DNA from: Podospora anserina
Lineage: Eukaryota
Length of the DNA stretch: 64,000 nt
NCBI GenBank assembly: GCA_017654855.1
Contig: JAFMPO010000001.1
Location: forward strand, 372,001-436,000
Reading direction: 5' to 3'
Position 1 is the first letter of the stretch. The number at the start of each line of letters is the position of its first letter. Made by a program: the position numbers and the translations under genes. Below, piece after piece: positions 13,635 to 26,400 of this stretch. The notes beneath the pieces are model-generated. The model made no database searches and was not told the origin of the DNA. It worked only from the letters and a program-made list of their open reading frames with translations.

Positions 13635-15212
13635 TTAGGCCTCGAAAACCAGCACCACGGAGTCATCACCCGCTGTGACGACCCTCTCACCATCAGCGCC
13701 CTGCACAAAACCCAAAACACCACCACCCTCACCACCACCTCTGTGACCCTTCCACTCCTTGATCAGACCAGCCGTTAGCCCAGCAGCAACAGCCTCCTGG
13801 GTAGCGGTCGCGCCGCGCATGTCCCACCGTCTCACCACGCCGTCCAAACCGCACGACGTCAGGAGCCAACCGGCAGTCGCGCCAGTGGCAGCCCGGACAA
13901 AGTCTACCTTGACAACAGACTCCCCCTCGTGGGCACCGCGGATGTGTTTCCTTACTTGGAACGACCTCGCGGCATCAAAGATGGCAATGCTGCCGTCTAC
14001 TGAGCCAGCAGCGAGGAGAGGCTGTTGCGGCGAAAAAGACAGGGACTCGATGCCGTCTGATTGTACGTTCAACGCGGCCAGAACGACGCCAGCACCGGCG
14101 GAAGGATCGCTCTGCGCGTTGGACGAGTTGGAAGGAGCAGCTCTGCGGCCGGCGGGGCCTCGTTGGACGGGGACGGCACGTTGTGTGGTTCGCGAAGCAG
14201 GCTGAGCGGAGAGGCGAGGGAGACCGACGACCCTGATGGCACCCTGGGCGCCACCGACGGCCACGAGCCCACCAGAGGGGGAAATGGCGACGGAGTAGAG
14301 GCCACCCTCGACGAAGAAGCGTTGATCCGCGTCCGCAAGAGACACAACTGTTTGACCGTTATCGGTGACGAGGTTCTTAGCAGCCGCCTCGCCAAAGACG
14401 TCGAAAACGTGGAGGGAGCTGTCCTCGCTGACGGTAGCGAGGAGAAGGCCGTCAGAAGACCAGGCGCCTGCTGTGCAGGATGCTGTGTGGAGGAAGTAGG
14501 ACTGGACGATCTGGATTGGGTTGGAAGGATCGGCAGCTGGGTCAATGGTGAAGACCCAGACGGAGCCGTCGGATGCGCCCAAGGCGATGGTGTTCGGATG
14601 GGCGGCGGATGGGCAAGGCGATACCCAGTTGACTTCTTCTGTTTCTTGTGACTCGCCGACGTACTTGAACTGAGCACCTGTCCCGGTGCTGGGAACTCCT
14701 ACAGCGTACACGCGCAACCGCCCGTCCATGCCGCCACTGACCAAGAAGTCACCGCGTGGTAGAGTGAATGTCAGCGCATTGATGCTGTCTGTGTGTCCAT
14801 CGATGGCGAACAGGGGCTGAAGTTCGGTCGGTTGCCACGCCCCAACGGAGCTAGGGTCTGAGTTGTAGCTTGGGGGGAGGACTGGCTTTGACGAGGCGGC
14901 AGAGATGTCGATAACGTAGCCTTTTCCTGGGGCATCGTCGGCGTCGCCCTCGGAACCACCTGTCGCAATCAAATGTGGGTATACTGGATGTTGAGCGATC
15001 GCAAAGACTGAATCCTTGTGCTGGTCAAAGTAGGCGATACCGTCGTTCTCCAGCACTAGTTCTTCGCCTTGCTCCTCGTCGTCTGAGTCCATGGGGACAT
15101 CTTCATCCCCGTCCATATCGTCAACAACCTCCTGGACATCGTCCTCGGCGATCATCTCGGGCTCCGAGTCGTCATCGTCGGCAGGGTGTTGGTATGGCTT
15201 CGAGGATGACAT
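13635..15212 (-). CDS. SQT1: WD40 ribosome assembly protein Sqt1/AAMP (Rpl10 chaperone)
   Basis: Acidic N-terminus, then AYFDQHKDSVFAIAQHP, GHTDSINAL, VSGGMDG and terminal VTAGDD WD repeats. Intronless 525 aa ORF. Confidence 0.85.
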   Translation of the reverse strand: MSSSKPYQHPADDDDSEPEMIAEDDVQEVVDDMDGDEDVPMDSDDEEQGEELVLENDGIAYFDQHKDSVFAIAQHPVYPHLIATGGSEGDADDAPGKGYVIDISAASSKPVLPPSYNSDPSSVGAWQPTELQPLFAIDGHTDSINALTFTLPRGDFLVSGGMDGRLRVYAVGVPSTGTGAQFKYVGESQETEEVNWVSPCPSAAHPNTIALGASDGSVWVFTIDPAADPSNPIQIVQSYFLHTASCTAGAWSSDGLLLATVSEDSSLHVFDVFGEAAAKNLVTDNGQTVVSLADADQRFFVEGGLYSVAISPSGGLVAVGGAQGAIRVVGLPRLSAQPASRTTQRAVPVQRGPAGRRAAPSNSSNAQSDPSAGAGVVLAALNVQSDGIESLSFSPQQPLLAAGSVDGSIAIFDAARSFQVRKHIRGAHEGESVVKVDFVRAATGATAGWLLTSCGLDGVVRRWDMRGATATQEAVAAGLTAGLIKEWKGHRGGGEGGGVLGFVQGADGERVVTAGDDSVVLVFEA

Positions 15213-15689
15213 GTTTGTGGAAGCTTAGCTCTAACGGATATGGTGAGCAGTGATTCGTGAAGTTTGAAAAAAGGAATTGGTAGCTAACTCGATGCTTGAA
15301 GACTGGCGGGATGGTGGGGTAATATTTACCACAACTTTTTCCAGCACTTTGCCTGCTTGATAAGCAGTCTGCTTATCGATCCATGGCGGGGTTCGAATTG
15401 GTTCTCAATTCCCCACAAATGTCAAGCGTGGGTAAAATTCGGTAGCAATGCAATCCACTTTGAACATCACCACTGCTGTTAATGACCCTTAACCCTGACC
15501 AGAGCAGCAAGCCAACAAACAACGATGGTTCAAATCTAGCACTTGACAACCGCTTTGCTATTGTTGACAAATATACAGAATCACCCAGAAACACTTTCAT
15601 GAGAAGCTTTTAACCGAATTTGCATTTACGTACGGTAACCAGCTAGCGATTTGGAATACCTGCAAAAGGGTCAGGACTTGGCCAACACA

Positions 15690-15870
15690 GAGGTCCATCT
15701 GGGCAGTCCTACAGCCAATAATTGGCGAGACCATTCACCTGTCGCACCGATTTTACGAGCTTGGCTGTAGTGTGGAGCTACGTTGGGTGCCTGGGCATCG
15801 CCACGGGGTTTAGCCTCACCAAAAAGCGGATGTGGCGTCTCGTCAAGCAGCAAGAACCGGCACCTCGAGC
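15690..15870 (+). pseudogene. RNase H-like domain C-terminal relic
   Basis: Frame reads AVLQPIIGETIHLSHRFYELGCSVELRWVPGHRHGV*PHQKADVASRQAAR. WVPGH...AD is the RNase H signature. In-frame TAG at 15811-15813. Confidence 0.55.
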
Positions 15871-16707
15871 TAGAATTTCGGGGCTGGCCCGGGGATTGAT
15901 GTACCCAAGCGGTACTTGAAGCGTTGGCAGGAGGTTCAGAACGATGTGTTGACGGTTGCTCGGAGACACCCCGACCTTGACCGCCATGGGTACTCACGTC
16001 TTTTGTGAAGTAAAGCTCAAGTACCTAAGTGATGTCACTTCCACAGGTTATGTAAAAAGACGACTTACAAGATATATTTGCAAATGTGAGGTTAGGATAT
16101 AAGTCAAGTATGTCGGATATTGGTCTAGAACGTCTTCGAATGATGAAGTCGATTGACTTCAGCCAGAGGGAGGGTTCAGGGTAGCAGATATCTTGCAGGG
16201 TCCTGGATGAAAATAAATTGTTAATTGTTGAGTTTAAAACTCAGACAGTCAATTTGAGGCATGTAATTGAACTGATGACAGTGTCTGACAAAAGAAAAGC
16301 TGCTTTGAGTCTCTAGCTTCAGAAAAACAGCAGGGCACTGCAAAACGTTCATCAACATTTACAGAACCTGACCGAAGACTTCAAGCCCAATGGAGAATAA
16401 GAGTCTAGCGACTGGGTAGTAGCTCCTTCGGAGAAATAGCAAAGGCGCAAAGCTGTAAGGCGCCAGTAGCAGCAGCTAACATATATCAGAGTCAAATATA
16501 TCAGAGTCAAGGTTAAGTAAATTCAGAGCTAAGAGACTAACAAACAAACTCATCAAAGAAATACCATCTTCTATCCAAACGAAAGCAAAACCGAAACAAC
16601 ACAAGAAAGGCCAAAGTACCTAGGTAGGTAACGGAACCTCCTCACTCCCATCTCTCACCCCCCGGTGCTTCATCGCACTCACCACAATCTTAACCATCCC
16701 CAGAAAT

Positions 16708-18234
16708 CTACGCACAATCAGCCCTCACAGGAACCTCTCTGCAACTATCCGGTCCCGGGTGAGGGCTATCACAAAGCTGATCACACTCCACCCCCGGCGC
16801 AACAAACACCCTGTATTCCTGTCCCACGAATCCAGGAAGTCTAAACTGTCTCGGATCGGTAGCCGCCAGGCCAGAAGCTCTGTACCCAGCCCGGCAAGCA
16901 CAGTAATTCTTCTCCAGCCCAAACGGAGTAGAGATGCAAGACGTTGTGATGGTGCACTTGTTGAAGAATGGGTTCGGGTTGCAGGTAGCACACGTGCTGG
17001 GCTTGCTCTTGCGCTTGCAGTCAGCCGTGCAGGAGGAGTAATCCTTTCCGTTGTTGGCCTCGCCGTCGTCGCACTCCTCTCCCAGGGGGTAGTCAATGCG
17101 ACCGTCGCCGCACGTTGGCTTTGGGCAAGAGGACGTGCAGCGAGTTATCTTGGTGCAGGTCTTTGTGCAGTTGGAGTTGGGGGTGCCGTTGAGGTAGCCG
17201 TCGTCGCACTCTTCCGGGTGCTCAACAATGCCGTTTCCGCAGACTGATGGATTCGGAGGGTAGCAGGGCTCTTTGAACGTGCAGGTGCTGGTGCACTTGG
17301 ACGAGGGAGTACCGTTGAGATCACCGTCATCACACTCCTCGGGATTCTCGGTGATGCCGTTGCCACAGACGGGCCCCTTGACCCAAGTGCAGTTGGTTGT
17401 GCACTTGCAGCCAGGGCTACCATTGAACGAGCCGTAATCGCATTGCTCTCCTGGGTCGACGACGCCATTGCCGCATGTCGGTGGGCAGGGTATGTCAACC
17501 TTGGTGCAGTTGGCAGAGCACTTGGACCCAGGGGCACCGTTGAATTGCCAACCAAGGTCACACTCCTCTTCAGGAGCATCCAGAATGCCATCACCGCAGT
17601 AGTCACAGACGGTGCAGTTATCTGAACAGCCGCTGTTGTAGGCTCCATTTCTTGGCCCGGCATCGCACTCCTCGCCAGGATCGATGTACCCGTTGCCGCA
17701 GACAGGGGCCTTTTTGCAGTCGTCGGTGCAGCCCGAATTGAGCTCACCATTGAGAGATCCAAGATCGCACTCCTCGGGCCAGTCGACATGTCCATCACCA
17801 CAACAAGAGACCTTCTTGCAATCTTTGGAGCAACCGGAGTTGAGCTCACCATTGCGATGGCCCAGATCGCATTCCTCGGGGAATGCCACAATCCCATCAC
17901 CGCAGCAGGGAACCTTCTTGCAGTCCTTGGAGCAGCCAGAGTTGGGTGCTCCGTTGAGCTCTGGGCCGAGATCGCACTGCTCATAGGGCAACTGGACCAT
18001 CCTGCACAAGGTGAAGGGTTAGTCATGTTCAAGTCCGAAGGATCAAATTTCAAGCACTTACCCATCACCACAGACTCCACCACAATGGGTACCATTGCGG
18101 CACACAGGGTAGCTTGGTCGAGGGGTAGGGTCGTGGGTGGCGGTAACATGGGTGGTAGTTGTCGTGTTCACATAGATACGGGTACAGCTGGCCCCTCCCA
18201 TGAAGAGGGCGAGCAAGATCTTGTTGTGAAGCAT
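16708..18234 (-). CDS. Secreted Cys-rich repeat protein (nine CG[DN]G-x-EECD repeats, Myxococcus Cys-rich/DUF4215-like) with C-terminal Cys-rich domain
   Basis: ATG 18234 gives signal peptide MLHNKILLALFMGGASC and a Thr-rich stalk. Intron 18002-18061. Repeats are ~34-45 aa. C-terminal CACRAGYRA...QEYRVFVAPGVECDQLC. Confidence 0.85.
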
Positions 18235-20346
18235 CTTGAGGCGCCAGGCTGGTTGCTAACTTTCGAGGTCGAGAGGTTTGTATGAGTGACGGATGGATGG
18301 GGTTCCGTCGAGTTCAGAAACTCTTTATAGACTGAGAGACACTTCCAAATATTGTTTGGCCTCATCTCACATGACGGCAATCAACCTGAGTACTAAGAAA
18401 AGAATCTCATCGTTGTTCGTTTACACTGCCATAATGAGCCTAGGGCTGAAGTCATGACACTTTTGGATACTTGACAACAAAATTGGATACCTGCCCATGA
18501 TATGACGCCCGAATCATCTGCTTTCGGCGTTCCTCGTGCCCTGCCTGCTAGCTTATACAGAAACGCTGGATGAACTGTCGGCTCTCGCTGTGTGGCTTGT
18601 TCATTTCGGGTCTTGTGAACAAAGCAGGTTGAAGGCAGTGCTCCGGTGGTGGAGAAGAGATGGCAGGACCTGAACTCGTATTTGGCTCATTACCTATTGT
18701 GAGTCTGTCTTTGACAAATAAGGTTATTTGGCCACAGCTGAAGTACATCATCTCTATCACAATGGCTTGGCTTATTCTGATGTTGGCTGAGCATGTCGTT
18801 AGTGCATTGATCTCTGAACAAACAGCGAGAATTCCTTAGTTGGGTGAAGTGGGTGGAATGAGGGTGTCAACTGGTGCCAGTAAGATTCGAGTAGAAAATG
18901 TAATGGCTGATTGTGTATGACACTGCGCAACTTGGAAAACGCAATCGGACGTAAAGAATGATGGAAAGGTGGCTCAGGCATCGTGCCTTTTCCTTTCGGC
19001 TGGCCGTGAGCCGAAAAGATGGTGGTGAGGCCTGCAGACGTAAAGACGTAAACCCGAGGCTTTGGTTCATCGTTCTTGCCGTTCGGCTGAGTTCTCCGCC
19101 TTCTGATTCGTTATTACCTTCAGGGAGGGCTGAGATTACCTAGTATCTCAAAGATACCTGGTATTCATTCCTATAACGGATACGGCGCCACCTGAAAGAA
19201 AGCTCTATAGTTGGAACCTTACGTAACTCGACCATTGTTCGATAATTATGACTTATGACCAGAGTAAAACGGGCTGGGCTCTTGATTCTCTCAGCCCCGG
19301 AACTGCACCACCACCATCGCCCGGATAATTCAAATCCGATGATTGGTTGATATCAGCCGTCGGCCAAAGTTGACAGGTGACATTTCCCTGACGCAATCGA
19401 TTTGCTCTTTGACATTTCCTGCGCCAGTCCCGAACTCAGAATGTGAGACACAAAAAGCAGTTGTGCACCCCATCGGTTCGGCATATTGATACCCAAAGAC
19501 TGACACGTAATTTTCACTCTGCGGTCCCGTTGATGTAGCTCACCGTCAGCCAATGGTACTTGGGCCTGAGCGGTAGGACGATTGAAACCAGGCTTTGATA
19601 TGGGTGGTGGCTTCCACGCAATGTAAAACTAGTGGGTGGCTAACGAGACGGATAGGGTCTCAGGTCTGAGCAGTCGGGAAGGTTTCAGGGGCAATTTTGT
19701 TGGCAGGTAGATAGACACCTGTTTTGATGGTTGACGGGAACTGTATGTGGGCTGAAGTGGGCTCTTTTGAGTTGGCTTGCGGCCGCCTCGCACCGCAGAA
19801 AACACAGGAAAAGCTCGCTGCTTAACAATTGAAATCTTCTCAAGGCAAGAAGTTGTGGTCCTCTTCGCGGACGTTAATTGTTCGATATTGATCATGGGGC
19901 ATTCGCAGACGCTTTGTAACTTACGAAGCCTCATCTCCTGCCTGGAGATACCGACTTTGGAGTGGCCAAGCCAGAAAGTAAGCCAGCACGCTCGGTAACG
20001 GCTCAAGTCAAGATATTCAAATTCAACACTCCATTTTCTTTCCACGGGATCAGCTCCGTCTTTCGGTGGACCGCTGCCACTGGCCATCTGCGAACCGTGT
20101 TTCATGCAGGCTGGCCAGTAGAGTGGAAAAGCCATGGTCTGCGAGAAGCCAAGATCGGCAGATATGTTTCGGATAGCAACCACCGCTTGCTGCGATGCAA
20201 GTCTCACAAAAATCATTTGCAAAAAGCAACCTATCGGTGGAACTTGGCCATCTTCCGGACTGGTGGCGTTAGGTTTTCTTCCATGCAACACATCACACCA
20301 CCATGACCTTGTGATCTACCGCTCAAACGAACCATCCAATCATAAA

Positions 20347-20431
20347 GGGCGTGTGGCTCAGTTGGTAGAGCGTTCGCTTAGCATGCTTCAGTGTATGCGA
20401 AAGGTCCTGGGTTCGATTCCCAGCTCGTCCA
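20347..20431 (+). tRNA. tRNA-Ala(AGC) with ~12-nt intron
   Basis: GGGCGTG acceptor with G3:U70, A-box TGGCTCAGTTGG, anticodon arm TTCGC-TTAGCA[TGCTTCAGTGTA]T-GCGAA, T-loop GGTTCGATTCC, downstream T-run. Confidence 0.95.
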
Positions 20432-20780
20432 AACATTCAATACTTTTATTTTTTGCTCATCTTTCATAAGCCAGAAAATCCACATTGTGGTGGATACATC
20501 ATCAATGCCCTGCCTGATCCGCCCGTTTGTCACCTGGTCAACTTAATGGCTGTGGAGCTTGGGAAAGGGGTCAAATAGGGGTGCTGGCGGTAGTACAATC
20601 TGGCCCAGTAGATCTTGACCACGACATAGAAACATTAAGTAGGTAGGTAGATTTGGGACGCGAAGTGGATATGACCAAGTACCTTTAAATCAAAGTTGCC
20701 AGCCCAGAAAAAAAAAGACGCTCATTCTGTATTCTTCCACCACCAAAATATCACGACATGATGACCCCCCCGTATTATGA

Positions 20781-21980
20781 TTAAACCCACTCCAGTGAGT
20801 CTTCCTCAGCTTGACTGTTTTCAAGTCCCGTCCAGTTGGCGAGAATCCTCAACGTCGTCCACCACCTCTCTCCAAAATCGCGCACCTCTGCCGATATTTC
20901 CTGGATCTCCTCGAATTGGAGAGCCCTTTGGTCGACAACTGATCCATCCACATCCAAGTAAAGTTGGCTGGGGTCGTCGCCAAGATGGTGGTAGTATTGG
21001 CCGAGTGTGCGGGCATAGTATCTTGCCTCGGACTGGGGCAACTCCTTCAACATCGCCTCCTCATCCGTTGCCGACTCGAAGGTCCATACCGTTGCGTCGA
21101 GGTGGTCGAGCACTGTGGGAGATCGAAGCTCCCACTTCCCATCTGAAGGCCTTTGCTCCAGTTGGGTTCGCCACTCCTGGGTGACAAAGTTGAGTATGCC
21201 GCCGTGAGTGCAGACTACAATCCGTGGGGTGTCATGCCTCCCTTGTGCTTGATGAACCGACAGGACTCTGGCGGCCCACTCCCGGAGCCAGATCCGAGCC
21301 TCCTTCACTGCCTGGTCAATGCTGGCAAGATCCGGGATGTCGGTAACAGCACAGGTCCGATCTTCATCCGTCTGCCATCTGTTCTCGACACCCTCTGGCC
21401 AAACCATCCGGGTAATATCCACCTCCTGCTCATTGAGAATGGTAAGAGCATCTTCATCCGTGCCGCCCTTGAGTCTCAAAAATGTTACCGACTGTCGCGA
21501 AGGGGCGTTCTCGCGAACAGTCGGTATTCCGGGTATGTCCGATGGTCTTGTCGACGCTTCCATAAGGCCGGGATGGACGTAGACGCTCTTCTCAAGCTCT
21601 GGCACCCTGGGGTTCATAGGGGGCTCGCCCTGAGGGGCATGGAAGGGGCCCACGAGCTGGAACGATGGGCAGAGACCTTGAATGGTCTCTATCGCCCTTG
21701 TGCATGGCGACGAGACCAACAAGTAGACATTGTCTAGCTTCCCGGGCACATCCTTGTTGTAATCCAGGCAGGTCTGCGCCCCCGCGTTCGTCAAACCATC
21801 CGGCAAGAAGAAACTCGTCCTCACGGTCTCTCTCCTCTTCTCGACGATGTGTTCCAGGTCCTCCAGACTCTCTAGTGGCGGGTAGTCGAGATTCGTCGGT
21901 ACCTCGGCAACCGATTCGGCATGTCGTTGAAAAACGATGTGCACTGATGTGATGTCGGGCACGGTTGGGATTGAACCCAT
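20781..21980 (-). CDS. Histidine phosphatase / phosphoglycerate mutase-like protein
   Basis: FQRHAES, VSSPCTRAIET and VCTHGGIL motifs. Start placed at MGSIPT (21980). Confidence 0.8.
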   Translation of the reverse strand: MGSIPTVPDITSVHIVFQRHAESVAEVPTNLDYPPLESLEDLEHIVEKRRETVRTSFFLPDGLTNAGAQTCLDYNKDVPGKLDNVYLLVSSPCTRAIETIQGLCPSFQLVGPFHAPQGEPPMNPRVPELEKSVYVHPGLMEASTRPSDIPGIPTVRENAPSRQSVTFLRLKGGTDEDALTILNEQEVDITRMVWPEGVENRWQTDEDRTCAVTDIPDLASIDQAVKEARIWLREWAARVLSVHQAQGRHDTPRIVVCTHGGILNFVTQEWRTQLEQRPSDGKWELRSPTVLDHLDATVWTFESATDEEAMLKELPQSEARYYARTLGQYYHHLGDDPSQLYLDVDGSVVDQRALQFEEIQEISAEVRDFGERWWTTLRILANWTGLENSQAEEDSLEWV

Positions 21981-23402
21981 GATTGATTGATGGAGGGATC
22001 GTAAGCTTGAGGGCTGTTGCATATGAGTATTGGGGTTTCCAAGAAGATGGATCCGAAGCGATGATGATGGGTAGCAAGAGAGCAGCCAGCTAGGGGGTAG
22101 TGTCTTTTTTTATGCTGATGGGTGTCGTCCCTACACCCCCTCGCATCTGCACTGCATCGTGGAGGGACAGGTTCGGCAGATGAGGGGTACGCCGCGAGAC
22201 ACAAAACCGCTGAGTGGCAGAGGGTTGTGCGGCTGGTGTTAATAGTTCAGAAACATGCCACAGCAAAGTCAGAGGTGCAGTCCAATCGGACTGAGCGGTC
22301 GGCATGTCAATCGGCGGTGCCTACTCGGTTTTTCTTTCTTTTTTCTTGTCCGTCCACATCATTGCAAATTTGATGGGTTGGCCCAGGTGGGTGATCTGGT
22401 CTGAAATGGAGTACGGAGTACATATTGCCTCGCGGATGGATGCGGTCGGTGGGTCGTAGCGTAGCGGGCGACCGGGACAGGTGGGGGTGGAAAAGCAAAC
22501 ATGAACGGGCAAACTGACATGCCGCCGCCAAATTCTCTCCAAGCTGCAGCTACCAGCTCTCTAGCTTCCAGCCCAGCGGTGCTGCTTCGAATCGGAAAGG
22601 ACTCCGTCGACAACCCCCTCTTGTCTCAACTTTTGCTGCTGCCTGCCGGCATTTGGTCACACTATATCGTCGTTTTATTACGGGACATACAGGACAACTA
22701 CTCTCGTGAATTTTACGAGGAGGTGGAGGGGATCCATTCAATGTGCCCTGTGTTGCACTTGATAAAAAGGATAACGCCCCTCCCAATCGAACACAGCAGC
22801 CAGCTTTGTGGTTGGTCCAAGTGGTGCGAGTGACAGCGCCCACCTCTGCCCTCCTCCCCCGTGATCTAGCAGCTGGGTGACATTGAAGGATGGCCAGGGT
22901 CAAGATTATCCCCGAGTCTCGATCCAACTCCAGTCCATTACCCAGATACGGCGCGCCCAATCATCATCGCCGCGATCTCCATACAACCTGCAGCCAGTCA
23001 TCTGCGTCCACTTGCATAATCTGTGGCGGAGATCCCATTGCGCATCAATTTTGCGATATCGTCGATGCCTAGTCATATTCTACCCAGTGCCCAGATCAAC
23101 TCCAGCAAGCAAGGCCATTGTGCACCCGAGGGGTTTTGACAAACAAAACACTATTTAATTGCTTCCTGTGTGCGAGGAGAATCTAGCGGAATCAGGTACT
23201 AGCCAGTGGGTCCCGGAAAGGGGAAGAGTCTTGTGGTGAATGCGGCAAGAAATGTCGTTTCTTTGTTCTGAGCTTCCGGTCAAGCTCCTTCAACCCGAAT
23301 CGTGTTTGCTGCCAAAATGTTCATATTCAACCTGTTTTGGTGGTTGTTTGGCCTTCACCGTCTTTTCTCGACCCCCCCAAGATAGATGTATTGTTGCTCA
23401 TC

Positions 23403-26400
23403 ATGCCACCAAAAGAGGACACTCGCAATGCTAATAATAGTCCCGATGATGATGATGGCCAAGCCACGGTTGACCCTAGAGGTCTAGCGCCAGCATGGGC
23501 AGCAAACAGGACGGATCTGATTGAAAGTCTTCCTTTCTTTAGGCAAGCGCAACAGGGGATCTATCAACATAACAGGATAATACGTGGGGCATTGATTGAT
23601 GGCCACGAGGGGGAACACAGCTACTTTGACGACGATATCGTCATCATAAAACTCGATGCCGGCGGCGACATTACCAATTCTGGCTACATGCGACACTCTA
23701 CATCCAGGCTGGAGGCGGCACAAAGAGCCAAAGATGAGCAGAGCCCTATTGGGCTGATTCTTGGTAAATGCCAATCTAACCCCTCACGACCCAACTTTGT
23801 TGATGCACCGTAAAGCTAAGCTGCAAATTCTCTATTTTCAAGGGTCCAATTCCGACAATCTACACCTCCGAATAGCACCCGCCAAGCCATGCAGATACGC
23901 GGTGCTCGGAGAATATGTTCTAACCGATCTCTGGCATGAGTATCAAGAAGGTGGAGATGCCACAGTGACGATGGCCCGGTACCAGAGACGGCAGTTCCTT
24001 CAACCACCGTGGTGGAAGGCCAACAATATCGCCTCGGCTCGCTATCGAGATCAAAAGCAACGTCAGGTGCAAATTATCAGCGACCGAAAACCCACACGCA
24101 GCAGAGTTTGCGAAGAATGTGGAGCACCATCACCGAAAAGATACAAAGTCTGGGTGTGCGCCAACCCACGATGTGAGAAATTCTCAACGGCAGAAAACGG
24201 GGAGGTCTTGTCCGAGGATGTTTTATTCTCCACGCATTGGCTGCTTGAGAGGGTAGCATCAACCGGCGAGGCAGGCCTTGACTTCGGATCCAACCGACTC
24301 AGACGCCCAACACAGCCAACTGACATGCGAAAGGGGTCAGTCTGCCCTAAATGCAGGAAATGTGTTTCGCGATTCCACTGGGCGTTGTGGATCTGTGAAG
24401 GACCATACGGGTGCGGTCACGCCGTCTCTCTGACTGTCGATATACCAGAACTCCAAAATCTCTTGAAAGAACGATCAAGAGGTTTCACTCAAGCCAGACA
24501 TCCATTTCACAGCCTCCACGATCCCCGAAACCTTGAGCGGGAATTCATCAGCCACGGGATTACTTTCATTGAGTTTAAGCATGAAATGCCCGGTGGAAGC
24601 GTGATCAAGCTCCTCAAGTCCCGACCCCCCCGTACAGCTACCCCAGGCACGATATTCGACGATCTATTCAACAGTATCATCTGGGAGGCCAATCACGGAA
24701 GCCGCCTTGATCTCCAGCGCCATACAGCGTCGAATAGATTCACAGGCACCAGGATCAACAGATACGAGATCAGCTTTGGAGAGAAAGGGGACCCGAGTGC
24801 ATTTTATCCGGTGGTGCCTTTGGAAAATGCACCCGCGTCTGTTCAAACGGTGCTTGAAATACTCACAGAGCTGTTGGAGGAGGATATACAGGATACGACG
24901 GTGAAGCGTACAGAAAAGACCCAGGACCCCTGGTTGTTGACAGTCACCGCGTACGTGGGCGGTGAACAAAAGGAATATTTCAAGCCTGCTGGATATAACA
25001 GAGCCGGAGACGTGACGGCAACCTTGTGCTTGGGAAGCCCGGTGAGAATGAGATGGCGATACAGCCCTGATTACTGGAACCACACTCAGGCAGGACGGGT
25101 GCTAGATGGCTCCCCGTTACCAGAGACGAAGCACTTCGAGGCTCTACAACAACTCAAGGGAAGAAAAATGTCGCGCGGTGAATACGAAAAGCAGAGACAG
25201 GAGATACTGGACAGTTCTGATGGTCAATCACGGCCTCGCAATGAGATCCCGACATATTTGACTGCTGATTTGACGCATGGTGATATCCTGATCACAGAGG
25301 GTGATGCGATAGGGTCGCGCTTTGACTGGGCGGTGGAGCCACAGGGACTTTTACACATTCGACTGACAACGTTCAGGGTACAAGATGGCGATGATGACGG
25401 AAGAGGAAGAGGAAACAGCGCGGCGAGACGGAGCACCTCTCGAAGTCGCTCAAGGGGAGGCATTTCCACACGAGCCACAAAGGCTCAGAGGGTGTCTTCT
25501 AGAACGAGAGGAACGCCGGAAAGAACATCAAAACGGATTACAAGGGGTCCCTCCAAAACAGGGAGAGGTTCTTCCGAAAACCGACAAGAAGAAAGCGCAG
25601 TGGAAGCAGAGAGCCCAACGCCACCCGTACCAAGAAGTCGAGGCAGAAAAGCTGGTTCTCGCCAGAAGAATCAAAAAAGAAAGAGCACGTCACCAGGTCC
25701 CTCCAAAACGCCCAACTCGAAAACAAGGAGACCGGCAAAGGAAGCAAGGGATGTAAGTGAACAAAATGCAACCCAACGATCAACAGTCAATATTAACAAT
25801 TTTACTATAGAGGACAAAAGCTCAATCGGGACACTCGGAATCAGTGTCCTCTTCGAATGTGTCCATAGCGTCTTCCTCCGATGGCGAAGACCAAATACCC
25901 AAAAGGCGAAAGACACAAGCTACGCTTACTACAAAGACCATGAGTGCCCCAACAGGGCCTAAGCTTAGGTCGATTCTCAGAACTGCCGCCAGTATGAAAC
26001 CGAAGACAACCTCGAAAACATCGAGGTCAGACTCCCCCGACATACTCACGACTCTTCAACCATCTAACACTGCCGCCACGACCTCAAAACTGAGGTCAAA
26101 CTCACCCGACATACTCACTACCTCCCACCAACCATCTCACACTGCTTCTGGACACATTCCAACTCTTTCACGGAGAAGATTCATATATCAAACCCCTAAA
26201 AAGCCACAAGCCAGTCCACTAAACGCGAGAGAAATAAAATATGTCGAAACAATCTTGCACCCAGGTCCCGTGCCAACCAACTTGAATTCCACGACCAAGG
26301 TTCCGGACAAGATTAATCCACCTGGTCTTGAGGGAAGGTCTGTACCGCCGTTGCCTGTACCGCTCAGGCGCAACCCTCGGCCTGTGATACCATCATCAAT

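Noticed and set aside
16481..16510. 15-bp tandem duplication ATATATCAGAGTCAA x2
   Set aside because: Ordinary slippage duplication with no evidence of function.
17145..18149. 334 aa alternative-frame ORF over the Cys-rich gene
   Set aside because: Same-strand shadow of the repeat-coding frame; splicing explains the real gene.
19629..20291. 220 aa minus-strand ORF next to the tRNA
   Set aside because: No recognisable motif or coding-like composition; probably spurious.
22501..22833. ORF with an F-box-like start (NPLLSQLLLLPAGIW)
   Set aside because: Too short and degenerate to support a call.
25753..25962. Apparent frameshift or overlap between ORFs 23761-25962 and 25844-27067
   Set aside because: Explained by a canonical intron at 25753-25810.
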